DNA of 64,000 nt, from positions 14,248 through 78,247 of the forward strand of contig JAUSBL010000112.1 of the NCBI GenBank assembly GCA_030658975.1. Reading direction: 5' to 3'. Shown piece by piece: positions 47,403 to 57,248 of the stretch. Each line of letters opens with the position of its first letter. The first letter of the stretch is position 1. A program made the translations under genes and the position numbers. Source of the DNA: Candidatus Latescibacterota bacterium (GTDB lineage: Bacteria > Krumholzibacteriota > Krumholzibacteriia > LZORAL124-64-63). The notes under the pieces were generated by a model that did not search any database, had not been told where the DNA came from, and saw only the letters and a list, made by a program, of their open reading frames with translations.

Positions 47403-48704
47403 TTAATCCATCGCCGACCAGAAGTCAATGAGACCTTCCTCGTCGGGGATGTGGAGGCGGTGGGGCTGGTCGGCCGCGATGGCGGCGAGGTCGAGTCCGT
47501 CGAGCGTGAGGTTGTCGCTGTTGAACATCCGCGGCGGCAGCAGGACGTCGCGCACGGGCGCGGCCGGCAGTTCGGTCAGGGCGCGCCGGATGTCGCTGCC
47601 GGAGAGGAGTCCGGCCACGGTCACGCTCGCCCCGTAGAAGCGGTTCTCCACCCCCACCAGCTCGATCCTGGGCAGACCGGGGCGGTCCAGCGCCGGCAGC
47701 AGGCGTTGCGCGAAGGCCAGCTCGCCGAGCTTGCCGGTCATCACCGTCACCGGGCGGGTCGGCAGCTTGCCGTGCGCGGCGCGCTCCTGCAGGGCCTCGC
47801 GCCAGGCCTGCTCCAGGCCGCGGGTCAGGCCGATGCCGTTGTCGAGCTGGGCGAAGTCCCCGTACTGGTCCTGCGGCGGGAAGGGTCGCCCGGTCAGCAG
47901 GTAGAACTCGTCGCTGAGGTGGACGAACGTCGTGCCGGCCTGCGCGCGGCAGCGCTGCTGCCAGACGCCGACCAGGTCGATGGTGGCCTCGGCGATCGCG
48001 GGGGTGACCGGGTCGAGCTTCGTCAGGCCCTCGCGGTGGGCCGACAGGCCGACCGGCACCACGGCCAGCGTCTCCACACCCGGATGCAGGGCGAACAGGT
48101 CGGCGATGGACTGGTCCAGCACGGGCCCGTCGTTCCAGCCCGGGCACAGCACGACCTGGGCGTGCACGGTGATGCCGCCCTCGACGAGCTGCCGCAGGAT
48201 CGCCAGCACGTCGATGCGCCGCTTGATGCCCAGCATGCGCGTGCGCACGTCGATGTCGGTGGCGTGCACCGAGACGAACAGCGGCGTCATCTTCTGGCGG
48301 ATGACGCGTTCGAGGCCGCGACGCCCCAGCGAGGTCAGGGTGATGTAGTTGCCGTACAGGAAGCTGAGCCGGTAGTCCTCGTCCTTGACGTAGATGCTCG
48401 GGCGCATGCCCTGGGGGTTCTGGTCGATGAAGCAGAAGACGCAGTCGCAGGCGCAGGTCTTGAACTCCATGGCGGCGAAGCAGCTCATGACCTTGTCCAG
48501 CGCGTAGGGCTCGAAGGCCACGCTGTTCACGGCGCCGTCGCGGCTGGCGATGGTCAGGGTCATCTTCACGCCGTGGGGCATGTAGTAGTAGAGGTCGAGC
48601 ATGTCCTCGACGGGCTGGCCGTCGACCGCGGTCACGGCGTCGCCCTCGCGCCAGGCGTGGGCGCGGTCCAGGGGCGACGGGAAGGGCTGGATCAGCTGGA
48701 TCAT
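47403..48704 (-). CDS. DUF512 / TIGR03279-type radical-SAM-like Fe-S protein with N-terminal PDZ-like domain
   Basis: CxxxCxxC cluster motif (CACDCVFC) in a DUF512-like context, N-terminal PDZ-like region. Conserved neighbour of der in several phyla. Confidence 0.65.
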   Translation of the reverse strand: MIQLIQPFPSPLDRAHAWREGDAVTAVDGQPVEDMLDLYYYMPHGVKMTLTIASRDGAVNSVAFEPYALDKVMSCFAAMEFKTCACDCVFCFIDQNPQGMRPSIYVKDEDYRLSFLYGNYITLTSLGRRGLERVIRQKMTPLFVSVHATDIDVRTRMLGIKRRIDVLAILRQLVEGGITVHAQVVLCPGWNDGPVLDQSIADLFALHPGVETLAVVPVGLSAHREGLTKLDPVTPAIAEATIDLVGVWQQRCRAQAGTTFVHLSDEFYLLTGRPFPPQDQYGDFAQLDNGIGLTRGLEQAWREALQERAAHGKLPTRPVTVMTGKLGELAFAQRLLPALDRPGLPRIELVGVENRFYGASVTVAGLLSGSDIRRALTELPAAPVRDVLLPPRMFNSDNLTLDGLDLAAIAADQPHRLHIPDEEGLIDFWSAMD

Positions 48705-48795
48705 GGGGTCCGTCCGGCTCGGGTGGCGGCCAGTTCGCCAAGGCAGGATAGGAAAACGGGCCGCGTCGCCGCAACCCGTTCCCCGTCGATCTGGT

Positions 48796-48871
48796 TGGAG
48801 CGGGCTACCGGGTTCGAACCGGCGACCGCCAGTATGGGAAACTGGAGCTCTACCAACTGAGCTAAGCCCGC
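48796..48871 (-). tRNA. tRNA-Gly (anticodon CCC)
   Basis: Reverse complement GCGGGCTTAGCTCAGTTGGTAGAGCTCCAGTTTCCCATACTGG...GGTTCGAACCC...CCA. Confidence 0.85.
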
Positions 48872-48927
48872 CCCAGACTTGGCAAGATAGTCCGGCTTCA
48901 CGGGCGCTGTCAAGCGCGCTGCGGCGG

Positions 48928-49872
48928 TCATGCGGCGCCCGCACAGGCACGTGCCAGGAGCCGCGCCGCCTCGTCCCGCAGGGCCGGGTCGTCCGGCGTG
49001 CCGCAGAGCAGCCGGGGCTGGGCCCGGAACCAGGTCTGCTGCCGCTTGGCGTACTGGCCGGTGCGCAGTTCCACCGTTGCCAGCGCCGCCGCGAGGTCCG
49101 ACTCGCCGGCGAGGTGGGCGGCGAGTTCGCGGTAGCCCAGCGTGCGCAGGCCCGGGCAGTCCGCGCCGTGCCGCGCCACCAGACCGGCCGTTTCCTCCAG
49201 CCAACCCGCCGCGAGCATGGCCTGCAGACGCGCGGCGATGCGCGCGCGCAGGTCCTTGCGGTCGCGGTCGAGCACCACGAGCGGGTACTCCCAGCCCAGC
49301 GCGGGGTCCGGTCGACGGGCGGCCATCAGGTCGCTCATGGACTCCCCCGCCAGCCGGCGGATCTCCAGGGCGCGCTGGCTGCGGTAGCGGTCGCGCGCGT
49401 GGATGCGCGCCCAGCTCGCGGGATCCTCGGCGAGCAGGCGCGCGCGGATCTCGTCGTCGGGCAGCGCGTCCAGCTCGTGACGGACCTGGGCCAGGGCGGC
49501 GGGATCGGCCGGCAGCGTGAACAGCCCGTCGCGCACCGCGGAAAGGTAGAGGCCCGCGCCGCCGACGAGCACGGGGAAGCGGCCGCGCGCGCGGATCCCG
49601 GTCGCGACGCGCTGGAAATCGTCGCGGAAGCGGCGGGCGGAATAGCGCTCCTGCGGCGGCAGGAAATCCACGAGGTGGTGCGGGCAGGCGGCGAGCTCGA
49701 CGGCGTCGGGCTGCGCGGTGCCGAGCCGCAGGCCGTGGTAGATCTGACGGCTGTCGAGCGAGACGATCTCGATCGGGAAGCGCGCGGCCAGCGCGACCAC
49801 CAGGGCGGTCTTGCCGACGGCGGTCGGGCCGGCGATCACCGGGCAGATGTCGTGGGCCGCGGCGTCGCCCAC
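48928..49872 (-). CDS. miaA: tRNA dimethylallyltransferase
   Basis: P-loop GPTAVGKT, IPT domain. miaA adjacent to mutL as in many bacteria. Confidence 0.9.
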   Translation of the reverse strand: MGDAAAHDICPVIAGPTAVGKTALVVALAARFPIEIVSLDSRQIYHGLRLGTAQPDAVELAACPHHLVDFLPPQERYSARRFRDDFQRVATGIRARGRFPVLVGGAGLYLSAVRDGLFTLPADPAALAQVRHELDALPDDEIRARLLAEDPASWARIHARDRYRSQRALEIRRLAGESMSDLMAARRPDPALGWEYPLVVLDRDRKDLRARIAARLQAMLAAGWLEETAGLVARHGADCPGLRTLGYRELAAHLAGESDLAAALATVELRTGQYAKRQQTWFRAQPRLLCGTPDDPALRDEAARLLARACAGAA

Positions 49873-49873
49873 C

Positions 49874-51700
49874 TCAGCGTCTCCCGAAACGCTTCTCGAG
49901 CTCCTCGATCGGGTACTGGATCATCGTGGGGCGTCCGTGGGGGCAGCTCAGCGGCGTGTCGGTGGCGAACAGCAGGTCCAGCAGGTTCTGCATCTCCGGG
50001 ATCGTCAGCAACGCGCCGGCGCGCACCGCGCCGTGGCAGGCGAAGCTGGCCAGCAGGTCGTCGTGCGCCGCGTGGCCGGTGCGGGAGGCGCCGACGAGGT
50101 CGTCCAGGATGTCCAGCAGGAGCTGGCCCTCGTTCCAGTTCTTGAGCGAGGACGGGATGCCCTGCACGAGCACCGAGCGGCCGCCGAAAGGCTGGATCAG
50201 GAAGCCGAGTTTCTCGAGGTCGGCGCTCGCCGACTGGTAGCTCTGCAGCTGCAGCGGCGTCAGGTCCAGCGTGACGGGGAAGAGCAGCTGCTGGACGGGC
50301 ACGCGCAGCTGTCCGGCGGCCAGGGCCTTCCGGGCCTCGTTGTAGAGGATGCGCTCGTGGCTGTTGTGCTGGTCGATGAGCAGCAAGCCGCCCTTGGTCT
50401 GCGTGCAGATGTAGGTGCGGTGCAGCTGCCAGAAGGGGGCCTGACGCGGCGCGATCGCGGAGCTCTCGTCCTGCTCCGTCGCGGCGGCCGCCGGATCGCT
50501 TGAGAGGGTCGCGGGCGCCTCGCGCGTCGCGTCGAAGAGGCCGGGCTGTCCGGACGCGGCCGCAGCGGTGGACGCCGAGCCGGAGAAGTGCCGGCGCAGG
50601 TAGTCCTCCTGCGCCTCGGCGACGCTCTGCAGGGGGCCGCGGGCCCCGCCGGGGGCGGGCAGTTCGTCGCCGGAAACGGGGCGGAACGCGGGATCGGCCC
50701 GCAGGTCCAGCGCCTCGCGCAGCGCGTGCACCACCATCCCGAAGATGTGGCGCTCGAGCATCAGGCGCACCTCGGTCTTGGCGGGATGGACGTTGACGTC
50801 GACGTCTCCCGGAGGCACCTGCAGGAAGAGCAGCACGGACGGGAAGCGGCCCGGCGGGAGCACGTCCTTGAAGGCCACGCGGATGGCCTGGTACAGCGGC
50901 GCGCTCTCCACGGGGCGGCGGTTGACGAAGACGTACTGGTCGGCGCGCGTGGGACGCGTCCAGGTCGGGCGCGAGGCGAGGCCGCCGACCACGACGCCCC
51001 CCTCCTGCGCCTCGAAGCGGGCCATGTGCTCGAGGCAGGCCGGGCCCAGGATCTCCCGCGCGCGGGCCGGCAGCGAGTCGGCCGGCAGCAGGTCCAGCAG
51101 CGCGACGCCGTCGGCCGTCAACCGCCAGCGCACCTCGGGGTAGGCCAGCGCCAGCGACTGCACGGTCTGCAGGACGGCGCGCTTCTCGGCCTGGGGCAGC
51201 TTGAGGTACTTGCGGCGGGCGGGCGTGTTGTAGAAGAGGTCCTCGACCGTGATCGTGGTGCCGCGGTTGCGCGGCGCCGGCTCGCGGCGCTCGATCGCGC
51301 CGCCGATGATGCGGATCATCCCGCCGACTTCCTCTTCCTCGGTGCGGGACAGGACGGTCGTGCGGCTGACCGAGGCGATGCTGGCCATCGCCTCGCCGCG
51401 GAAGCCGAAGGAGGCGACCTGCACGATGTCCGCCGAAGAGACGATCTTGCTCGTGGCGTGGCGTTCGCAGACCAGGGGAAGTTCGCGGAACGGGATGCCG
51501 GCGCCGTCGTCGTCGACGGTGATGGAGGCCAGGCCCCCGTCTTCCACGTTGATCCGGATGATGCGCGCGCCCGCGTCCAGCGCGTTCTCGACAAGCTCCT
51601 TGACCACCGAGGCCGGTCGCTCGATCACCTCGCCGGCGGCGATGCGGTCGACCGACGCACTGTCGAGCACGCGGATGGGCTTGCGCTGCATGACGGCCAT
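49874..51700 (-). CDS. mutL: DNA mismatch repair protein MutL
   Basis: GHKL ATPase (ELVENALDAG...DDGAGI), transducer domain, C-terminal dimerisation domain. Start MAVMQ at 51700 by codon count (608 aa). The longer ORF-track frame was rejected. Confidence 0.9.
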   Translation of the reverse strand: MAVMQRKPIRVLDSASVDRIAAGEVIERPASVVKELVENALDAGARIIRINVEDGGLASITVDDDGAGIPFRELPLVCERHATSKIVSSADIVQVASFGFRGEAMASIASVSRTTVLSRTEEEEVGGMIRIIGGAIERREPAPRNRGTTITVEDLFYNTPARRKYLKLPQAEKRAVLQTVQSLALAYPEVRWRLTADGVALLDLLPADSLPARAREILGPACLEHMARFEAQEGGVVVGGLASRPTWTRPTRADQYVFVNRRPVESAPLYQAIRVAFKDVLPPGRFPSVLLFLQVPPGDVDVNVHPAKTEVRLMLERHIFGMVVHALREALDLRADPAFRPVSGDELPAPGGARGPLQSVAEAQEDYLRRHFSGSASTAAAASGQPGLFDATREAPATLSSDPAAAATEQDESSAIAPRQAPFWQLHRTYICTQTKGGLLLIDQHNSHERILYNEARKALAAGQLRVPVQQLLFPVTLDLTPLQLQSYQSASADLEKLGFLIQPFGGRSVLVQGIPSSLKNWNEGQLLLDILDDLVGASRTGHAAHDDLLASFACHGAVRAGALLTIPEMQNLLDLLFATDTPLSCPHGRPTMIQYPIEELEKRFGRR

Positions 51701-51768
51701 GGCGTCCTGTCGGGTTGCGGGCCTCGCGGGGTGCGGCAGGACAAGATAACGGGGGCGACGCCGCAGCG

Positions 51769-53505
51769 TCAATCGCCGTGAGCGTCGGCGCCGAGAGCGG
51801 CCAGGGCGGCCGCCACCAGATCGGAAGGCGAGGTGAAGCGGCCCGGGTAGAGCGCACGCCCGGATCTCACGCGCAGACCCGCGCTTGCGGCCAGATCCGG
51901 CAGCGCCTCGCGAACCCGCTGTTCGAGCTGGGCGACGGCGTGGTTCTCGTCGGGCGCGAAGACCAGCAGCGTGCCGGGGTCGTGGCAGAACACGCGGTCG
52001 GAGGAGCGCAGCCTGGCGGCGAGGCGGCTCAGATGGGGAGCCAGGTTCGCCGCCGCCCGGAAGGCCGACAGCGAGAAGGCGCCGTGGTAGCGGTCGGCGC
52101 GGTCCATCTCCCGCGCCAGCAGGTCCAGGAGCGCTTCCGGAACGGCGGGCGCGTCGGCCGCAGGAATGCCCGTGGCGGCTGCAGGAGGCTGGGCGTTCCT
52201 GAGATCCGGCGGGACATCCGGATGAGGATCGGGCTCGGAGCGGATCGGCGGCGACGCCACCGGACCGCGGTTCGTCGCGGCCAGCAACAATCCCGCCGCG
52301 GCGGCATCGTCGCCGGTGAAATGGGCGGCGTCCCAGGCATGGAGACGCTGCTTGCCGTGCAGATCCCAGCAGAAATCCCCGGCGCGCAGCAGCAGTCGCG
52401 GCAGTTGGCCGGGTGTCGCGAAGGACAGCCACTGCCCGGGCGCGATCCCGGCGCAGAGGGGATCGGCGCCCGCCGGTCGGCGCTCGACCTGGATCGCGCC
52501 GCAACAGCGGCGCACCGCAACTGCCAGATCGTGGACCGCGTCGCCCGGCGAGGCGGCCACCGCCGTTGCTGCCGCCGCCACCACTTCGAAGCGGGCGGCC
52601 AGTGCGGCGTGTTCCGTCTGCCGGCGCAGCAACTCGCAGCGCAGCCCGAGCGCGGGCGCCAGGATCGCGCCGAGCGCCTGGAAACGGGCGGCCGCCGCGG
52701 CGCCCGCGTGGCCGACGGCGAGGGCGGCGCGGGGTGCCGACGCCTGCGGTCCCTCGTCCAGGGACGTCAGCGGCCAGGCGGTCAGGTGCCAACCGTCTTC
52801 GACTCCCTGCTCGACGGCCACCAGTTGGCGCGCCCCCGCGAAGACTTCGCGCCAGGGTGTCGCGCCGGTGTCCGCATCCTCGATCCTGGTCTCCCCTACC
52901 GGTGTGCCTTCGGCCAGCAGGAGGGATCCGTCCTCGCGCAGCAGAGCCAGCGTCGCGTGGCGCGCGTCGAGGCGCAGGGCCAGCGTCGCGGTCCAGGCCG
53001 CCAGGATCCCCGGCAGGTCCTGCGCGCCGCCGGCGAGATCGGCGAGGTCGCGATCCAGGGAGCGGACGAACGCCTCGGCCTCGGACCGCCGGTCCGGGAG
53101 CGGGTCCGGTGCGGCGGCGTCGGTCGGCAGCGATTCCGCGGTCGCGGGGCGCAGCAGGCCGCGGAAGTCGTCGCCGCCCAGCCGCCGCCAGCCGCGGGCC
53201 GCGGCCGTATCCGACAGGCCCTGCCCGAGCGGGCCGTCGGCGGCGACGGCGTCCGCCAATTCGACCAGCAGGGTGTCGCGGGGGAAGGGGGCTTCCGCCA
53301 GGTCCGACCAGACCGCCATCCCCATGACTTCGGCCAGGGCGGCGGCGGGCGCGGCGCGGTCGGGAGCGACCACGCCGAGCACGCGGACGTCGTCGCGCTG
53401 CGTCGCCTCGACGAGCAACGGCACGTCCCGCTGCGCGGGCATGAAGAAGGCGACGTTCCACATGGCGGGCCGTCCGGTTGGGGTGATGATGGGCGGATTA
53501 TACAT
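51769..53505 (-). CDS. hypothetical Ala/Leu-rich protein, possibly regulatory (GAF-like repeats and a degenerate GGDEF-like C-terminus)
   Basis: 578-aa ORF filling the 1.8-kb gap between mutS and mutL. No canonical motifs. Weak resemblance of the C-terminus (DRADRYHGAFSL...RVFCHDPGTLLVFAPD) to a degenerate nucleotide-cyclase fold. Start uncertain (ATG 53505 has no SD; ATG 53463 alternative). Confidence 0.4.
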   Translation of the reverse strand: MYNPPIITPTGRPAMWNVAFFMPAQRDVPLLVEATQRDDVRVLGVVAPDRAAPAAALAEVMGMAVWSDLAEAPFPRDTLLVELADAVAADGPLGQGLSDTAAARGWRRLGGDDFRGLLRPATAESLPTDAAAPDPLPDRRSEAEAFVRSLDRDLADLAGGAQDLPGILAAWTATLALRLDARHATLALLREDGSLLLAEGTPVGETRIEDADTGATPWREVFAGARQLVAVEQGVEDGWHLTAWPLTSLDEGPQASAPRAALAVGHAGAAAAARFQALGAILAPALGLRCELLRRQTEHAALAARFEVVAAAATAVAASPGDAVHDLAVAVRRCCGAIQVERRPAGADPLCAGIAPGQWLSFATPGQLPRLLLRAGDFCWDLHGKQRLHAWDAAHFTGDDAAAAGLLLAATNRGPVASPPIRSEPDPHPDVPPDLRNAQPPAAATGIPAADAPAVPEALLDLLAREMDRADRYHGAFSLSAFRAAANLAPHLSRLAARLRSSDRVFCHDPGTLLVFAPDENHAVAQLEQRVREALPDLAASAGLRVRSGRALYPGRFTSPSDLVAAALAALGADAHGD

Positions 53506-53535
53506 CGGCGGCGCGACGCAACGCTGAAATACTTC

Positions 53536-56208
53536 TTAAAGTTGCTTTTTGATGCGGGCGAGCCAGAGGAAAGCGTCCATGGGACTGATCCCCTCGAGAT
53601 CCAGGTCGCGCAGCGCGTCCAGTGCGTCGCGTTCGCCGTCGGAAAACAGGGAGAGCTGCCGCGAGGCCGCGGCCGGGCGGTCCGCCGCCAGGGAGAAGCC
53701 GGGCGCACCGGGCAGGCGCTCGGGCGCCAGGGTGCGCGCGTCTTCGCTGCTGAACAGCGCCAGCAGTTCCTCGGCGCGGCGCAGCACCGGCTCGGGCACG
53801 CCGGCCAGGCGGGCGACGTGGATCCCGTAGCTCTTGTCGCTGCAGCCGGGCTTGACCGCGTGCAGGAAGATGATGCTCCCCTGCCACTCCCGCACCTCGA
53901 GGCGCAGGTTGACCAGGCGCGGCAACGACCGTTCCAGGGCGGTCAGCTCGTGGTAGTGGGTCGCGAAGATCGTGCGCGGGCGCGGGCCCTCGTCGTGGTG
54001 GAGGAATTCGGTGATGGCCCAGGCCAGGGACAGGCCGTCGTAGGTGGAGGTGCCGCGCCCGACCTCGTCCAGGACGACCAGGCTGCGGCGGGACATCTGG
54101 TGCAGGATGCGCGCCGTCTCGCTCATCTCCGCGTAGAAGGTCGACTGGCCCCGGGCCACGTTGTCGCCGGCGCCGACACGCGTGAAGATGCGGTCGGCGA
54201 CGCCGATGCGGGCGCGGGCGGCCGGCACGAAGCTGCCCGCCTGCGCCATCAGCACCAGCAGCGCGACCTGGCGCAGGTAGGTGCTCTTGCCGCCCATGTT
54301 GGGGCCGGTCAGCAGCAGCACCTGGCGCGCGTCGCCGTCCAGCAGGGCGTCGTTGGGGATGAACTCCCCTTCCAGCAGCTGCTCCACGACCGGGTGGCGG
54401 CCCTCGACGATGTCCAGGATCAGCGAGTCGTCGCAGACAGGCCGCGCGTAACGGCGCCGCTCGGCCAGCTCGGCGAAGGCGAACAGCAGGTCGATCTCGC
54501 CCACGCGCGCGGACAGCTCGCGGATCGCCTCCAGGCTGGCCGTCACGTCGGCGAGCAGGGAGGCGAAGATCTCGGCCTCGAGGCGCCCCATGCACTCTTC
54601 CGCGTCCAGGATCGTCTGCTCGGCGGCTGTCAGCTCCTCGGTGCGGAAGCGCGCGGCGTTGACGAGCGTCTGCTTCTGGGAGAAGTCGGCCGGCACCTTG
54701 TCGAGGTGCTTGTTGGAGATCTCGTAGTAGTAACCGAAGACCCGGTTGTAGCCGATCTTGAGCGTCGCGATGCCGGTGCGCTCGCGTTCGCGGGCCTGCA
54801 GCGCCGCCAGGAAACCGCGCGTGTCGCTGGCGACGGCCGCGGCGGCGTCGAGCTGCGCCGAGACGCCGGGGCGGACGACTTCGCCGGGGCGCATCGCCGC
54901 CGGCGGCTGCTCGGCGAGCGTCGCCAGCAGGCGTGTCGCCAGAGGGGACGGATCGGGCGTGTCGCGCACCCAGGCGGCGGCCGGATGGGCCTCGTGGCCG
55001 CCGCCGCGGACCGCGGCCACGGCCTCCCCCGCCGCGCGCAGGGATTCGCCGAGCTGACGCAGCGCGGCCGGGCCGATGCGGCCCGACGCGGCGCGCACGG
55101 CCCCGCGGTCGAGATCGCCGACGCCCTTCAGGAGGCGCCGGACCAGTTCGCGCCAGTCGCGGTCGTCCAGCGCGCCGGCGACGCCGAGGTGCCAGGAGGC
55201 GAGCGCGTCCAGGTCGGTCAGGGGCTCGGCCAGGCGCCGTTCCAGCAGGCGCCGGCCGGCCGGGGTGGCGGTGCGGTCGAGGTGGTGGACGAGCGTCCCC
55301 TCCCCGCGCTCGCCGCGCAGGGTGCGGAAGACCTCCAGGTTGCGCAGCGTCTCCTCGTCCAGCAGCATGCGGTCGCCGCGCGCCGCGAACTGCAGGGTGA
55401 CGACCTGGACGGGGCGCTTCAGATTCAGCGAGGTCAGGTAGCGCAGCAGCGCGCCCGCGGCGCTGACGGCAAGGGACGTGCGCTCGTCCGAGAGGCCGAA
55501 CGCGTCCAGGTCGCGCACGCCGAAATGGTCGCGCAGGGTGTCGGCGGCCAGCGCGGGGTGGAACCAGGCGGCGCTGACGGCGCTCAGGACGGTTTCGGGC
55601 AGCCCCGCGCGCCAGCGGCGGAACTCCTCGCCGTCGACGGTCTCGGCCAGGATCACCTCGCGCGCGGCGCAGCGCTCGCAGAGCGAGGGGAGCGTGACGT
55701 CCTCCTGGCCGCAGCGGAATTCGCCCGTGGAGGCGTCCAGGGTCGCCCAGCCCGCTTCGCCGGCGGCGCCGCGGTGGTAGGCCAGGCAGACCATGCCGCC
55801 GGGACCGGGCAGCAGTTCGGGGGCCGTGGCGGTGCCCGGGCTGATCACCTCGACGACCTCGCGCCGGACCAGCCCCTTGGCCTGGGAAGGATCCTCGGTC
55901 TGCTCGCAGATCGCGACCGTGAGGCCGGCGGCGAGCAGGCGCGCCAGGTAGACGTCCAGGGCGTGGTGCGGCACGCCGGCCAGGGGGACCGGGTGGTCGC
56001 TGTTGCGGTCGCGGGTCGTGAGGGTGACGTTGCAGACCTCGGCCAGTGTCTTGGCGTCGTCGAAGAACGTCTCGAAGAAGTCTCCCATGCGGAACAGCAG
56101 CAGGGCGCCGGGATGGGCGGCCTTGATGTCCAGGTACTGGGCCAGCATCGGCGTCAACTTGGTCGTCGACTTGGCCACAGTCTTGGCCGGGGTGGCCTTG
56201 CCGGTCAC
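53536..56208 (-). CDS. mutS: DNA mismatch repair protein MutS
   Basis: Mismatch-binding domain (LTPMLAQYLDIKAAHPGALLLFRMGDFFE), Walker A GPNMGGKST, C-terminal HTH. Confidence 0.95.
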   Translation of the reverse strand: MTGKATPAKTVAKSTTKLTPMLAQYLDIKAAHPGALLLFRMGDFFETFFDDAKTLAEVCNVTLTTRDRNSDHPVPLAGVPHHALDVYLARLLAAGLTVAICEQTEDPSQAKGLVRREVVEVISPGTATAPELLPGPGGMVCLAYHRGAAGEAGWATLDASTGEFRCGQEDVTLPSLCERCAAREVILAETVDGEEFRRWRAGLPETVLSAVSAAWFHPALAADTLRDHFGVRDLDAFGLSDERTSLAVSAAGALLRYLTSLNLKRPVQVVTLQFAARGDRMLLDEETLRNLEVFRTLRGERGEGTLVHHLDRTATPAGRRLLERRLAEPLTDLDALASWHLGVAGALDDRDWRELVRRLLKGVGDLDRGAVRAASGRIGPAALRQLGESLRAAGEAVAAVRGGGHEAHPAAAWVRDTPDPSPLATRLLATLAEQPPAAMRPGEVVRPGVSAQLDAAAAVASDTRGFLAALQARERERTGIATLKIGYNRVFGYYYEISNKHLDKVPADFSQKQTLVNAARFRTEELTAAEQTILDAEECMGRLEAEIFASLLADVTASLEAIRELSARVGEIDLLFAFAELAERRRYARPVCDDSLILDIVEGRHPVVEQLLEGEFIPNDALLDGDARQVLLLTGPNMGGKSTYLRQVALLVLMAQAGSFVPAARARIGVADRIFTRVGAGDNVARGQSTFYAEMSETARILHQMSRRSLVVLDEVGRGTSTYDGLSLAWAITEFLHHDEGPRPRTIFATHYHELTALERSLPRLVNLRLEVREWQGSIIFLHAVKPGCSDKSYGIHVARLAGVPEPVLRRAEELLALFSSEDARTLAPERLPGAPGFSLAADRPAAASRQLSLFSDGERDALDALRDLDLEGISPMDAFLWLARIKKQL

Positions 56209-57248
56209 GGCGACTCCGCGGTATCGACCACGATGGCCGCCAGCCCGAGCGAGGCGCTCAGAGCGGCGGCGCTCGCGGCGGCTTCGGACTGGTCGCTGTA
56301 GGATTCCGCGCGCACCTTGTGCAGGAGCTGGCCACGGGCGTCGTGCGATTGCACCAGGTGCAGGCCGGGCACCGAGGCTCGCCAGCGGTCCACGAAGGCC
56401 AGGGCGCGGCCGCGGTCACCGAAGGCGCCGAGTTGCAGGACGTAGCGGGCGGTCGGCGTGTCGTCGGTCGCGTGCGGCGACGGCGGCGGCGGTTCCGGAC
56501 CCGAGGACGCCGCGTCCATCAACGCCAGCTCGAGACGCCGCTGCTGCAGGCCGCGCACCAGATCGAGGGCCGGCGATCGCGGGTGCGCGCGCTCCAGCTC
56601 GCCGGCGATCCGGTCGGCGAGGCGGGCATCCTGGTCGCGCTCGAGCTGCCAGCGGGCGGCCAGCACGTCGGCGTCGGTCGGCGAGCGGCCGCCGATCTCA
56701 TCGGTGCCGAGGCAGCTGCGGGCCAGACCCGGATCGCCGAAGGCCGCCGCCTTGCGCCCCCGCAGCAGCATGATCCAGGGCAACTCGGGGTCATCGTCGG
56801 GCGCCTGCTCGAGGGTCGCCCCGGCCATCGCCTCGTCCTTCGCCGCACGGTGCAGCAGTCCCGCCAGCAGGCGCGACGCGGGCTGGGGGCGCTTGGCGTC
56901 CGGGTCCTGCGGAGGCAGGTAAGCGAAGCCCTGACTGGGCTCGCCCTGGGCGTAGGAGGTCCAGGCGGCGTCGAGCAGCAGGGCGCGCCGCACCGACGGG
57001 TCCAGCCCGCCCTGTTCCAGCAGCTTTTCCCGCAGCATGGCCGCCTGCACCGGATCGGTGGCCAGACGGTAGTTCCAGAGCAGGCCTTCGAGGGAACGCG
57101 GGGCGCCCGCGGCGAGCGCGACGGCCTGCGTGCGCGCCGTCGCGTAGTCGCCTTCGCGGAACAGTCGCTCGACGGCCGTCCAATCCTCGGCCCAGGCGTG
57201 CGGAACCGCGACGAGCAGCAGCAGGAGCGCGCCGACGAGCCGGATCAT
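56205..57248 (-). CDS. SPOR-domain protein (periplasmic, septal peptidoglycan-binding type), signal peptide
   Basis: Signal peptide MIRLVGALLLLLVAVPHAWA, TPR-like helical region, C-terminal SPOR domain (YVLQLGAFGDRGRALAFV...). Start chosen at the internal ATG 57248. Confidence 0.6.
   Translation of the reverse strand: MIRLVGALLLLLVAVPHAWAEDWTAVERLFREGDYATARTQAVALAAGAPRSLEGLLWNYRLATDPVQAAMLREKLLEQGGLDPSVRRALLLDAAWTSYAQGEPSQGFAYLPPQDPDAKRPQPASRLLAGLLHRAAKDEAMAGATLEQAPDDDPELPWIMLLRGRKAAAFGDPGLARSCLGTDEIGGRSPTDADVLAARWQLERDQDARLADRIAGELERAHPRSPALDLVRGLQQRRLELALMDAASSGPEPPPPSPHATDDTPTARYVLQLGAFGDRGRALAFVDRWRASVPGLHLVQSHDARGQLLHKVRAESYSDQSEAAASAAALSASLGLAAIVVDTAESP

Noticed and set aside
49874-53461. 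ORF-track extension of mutL to 1195 aa
   Set aside because: MutL homology begins exactly at MAVMQRKPIRVLD (ATG 51700). The upstream 580 codons are an Arg/Gly-rich read-through in a different frame from the real intervening gene.
53490-53510. TATAAT hexamer near 53500
   Set aside because: It is the reverse-strand codons ATG-TAT-AAT (Met-Tyr-Asn) at the start of the hypothetical gene, not a -10 box in a meaningful context.
51715-56301. 1528-aa plus-strand ORF opposite mutS and the hypothetical gene
   Set aside because: Antisense to mutS, which has intact Walker and mismatch-binding motifs. Composition-driven open frame.
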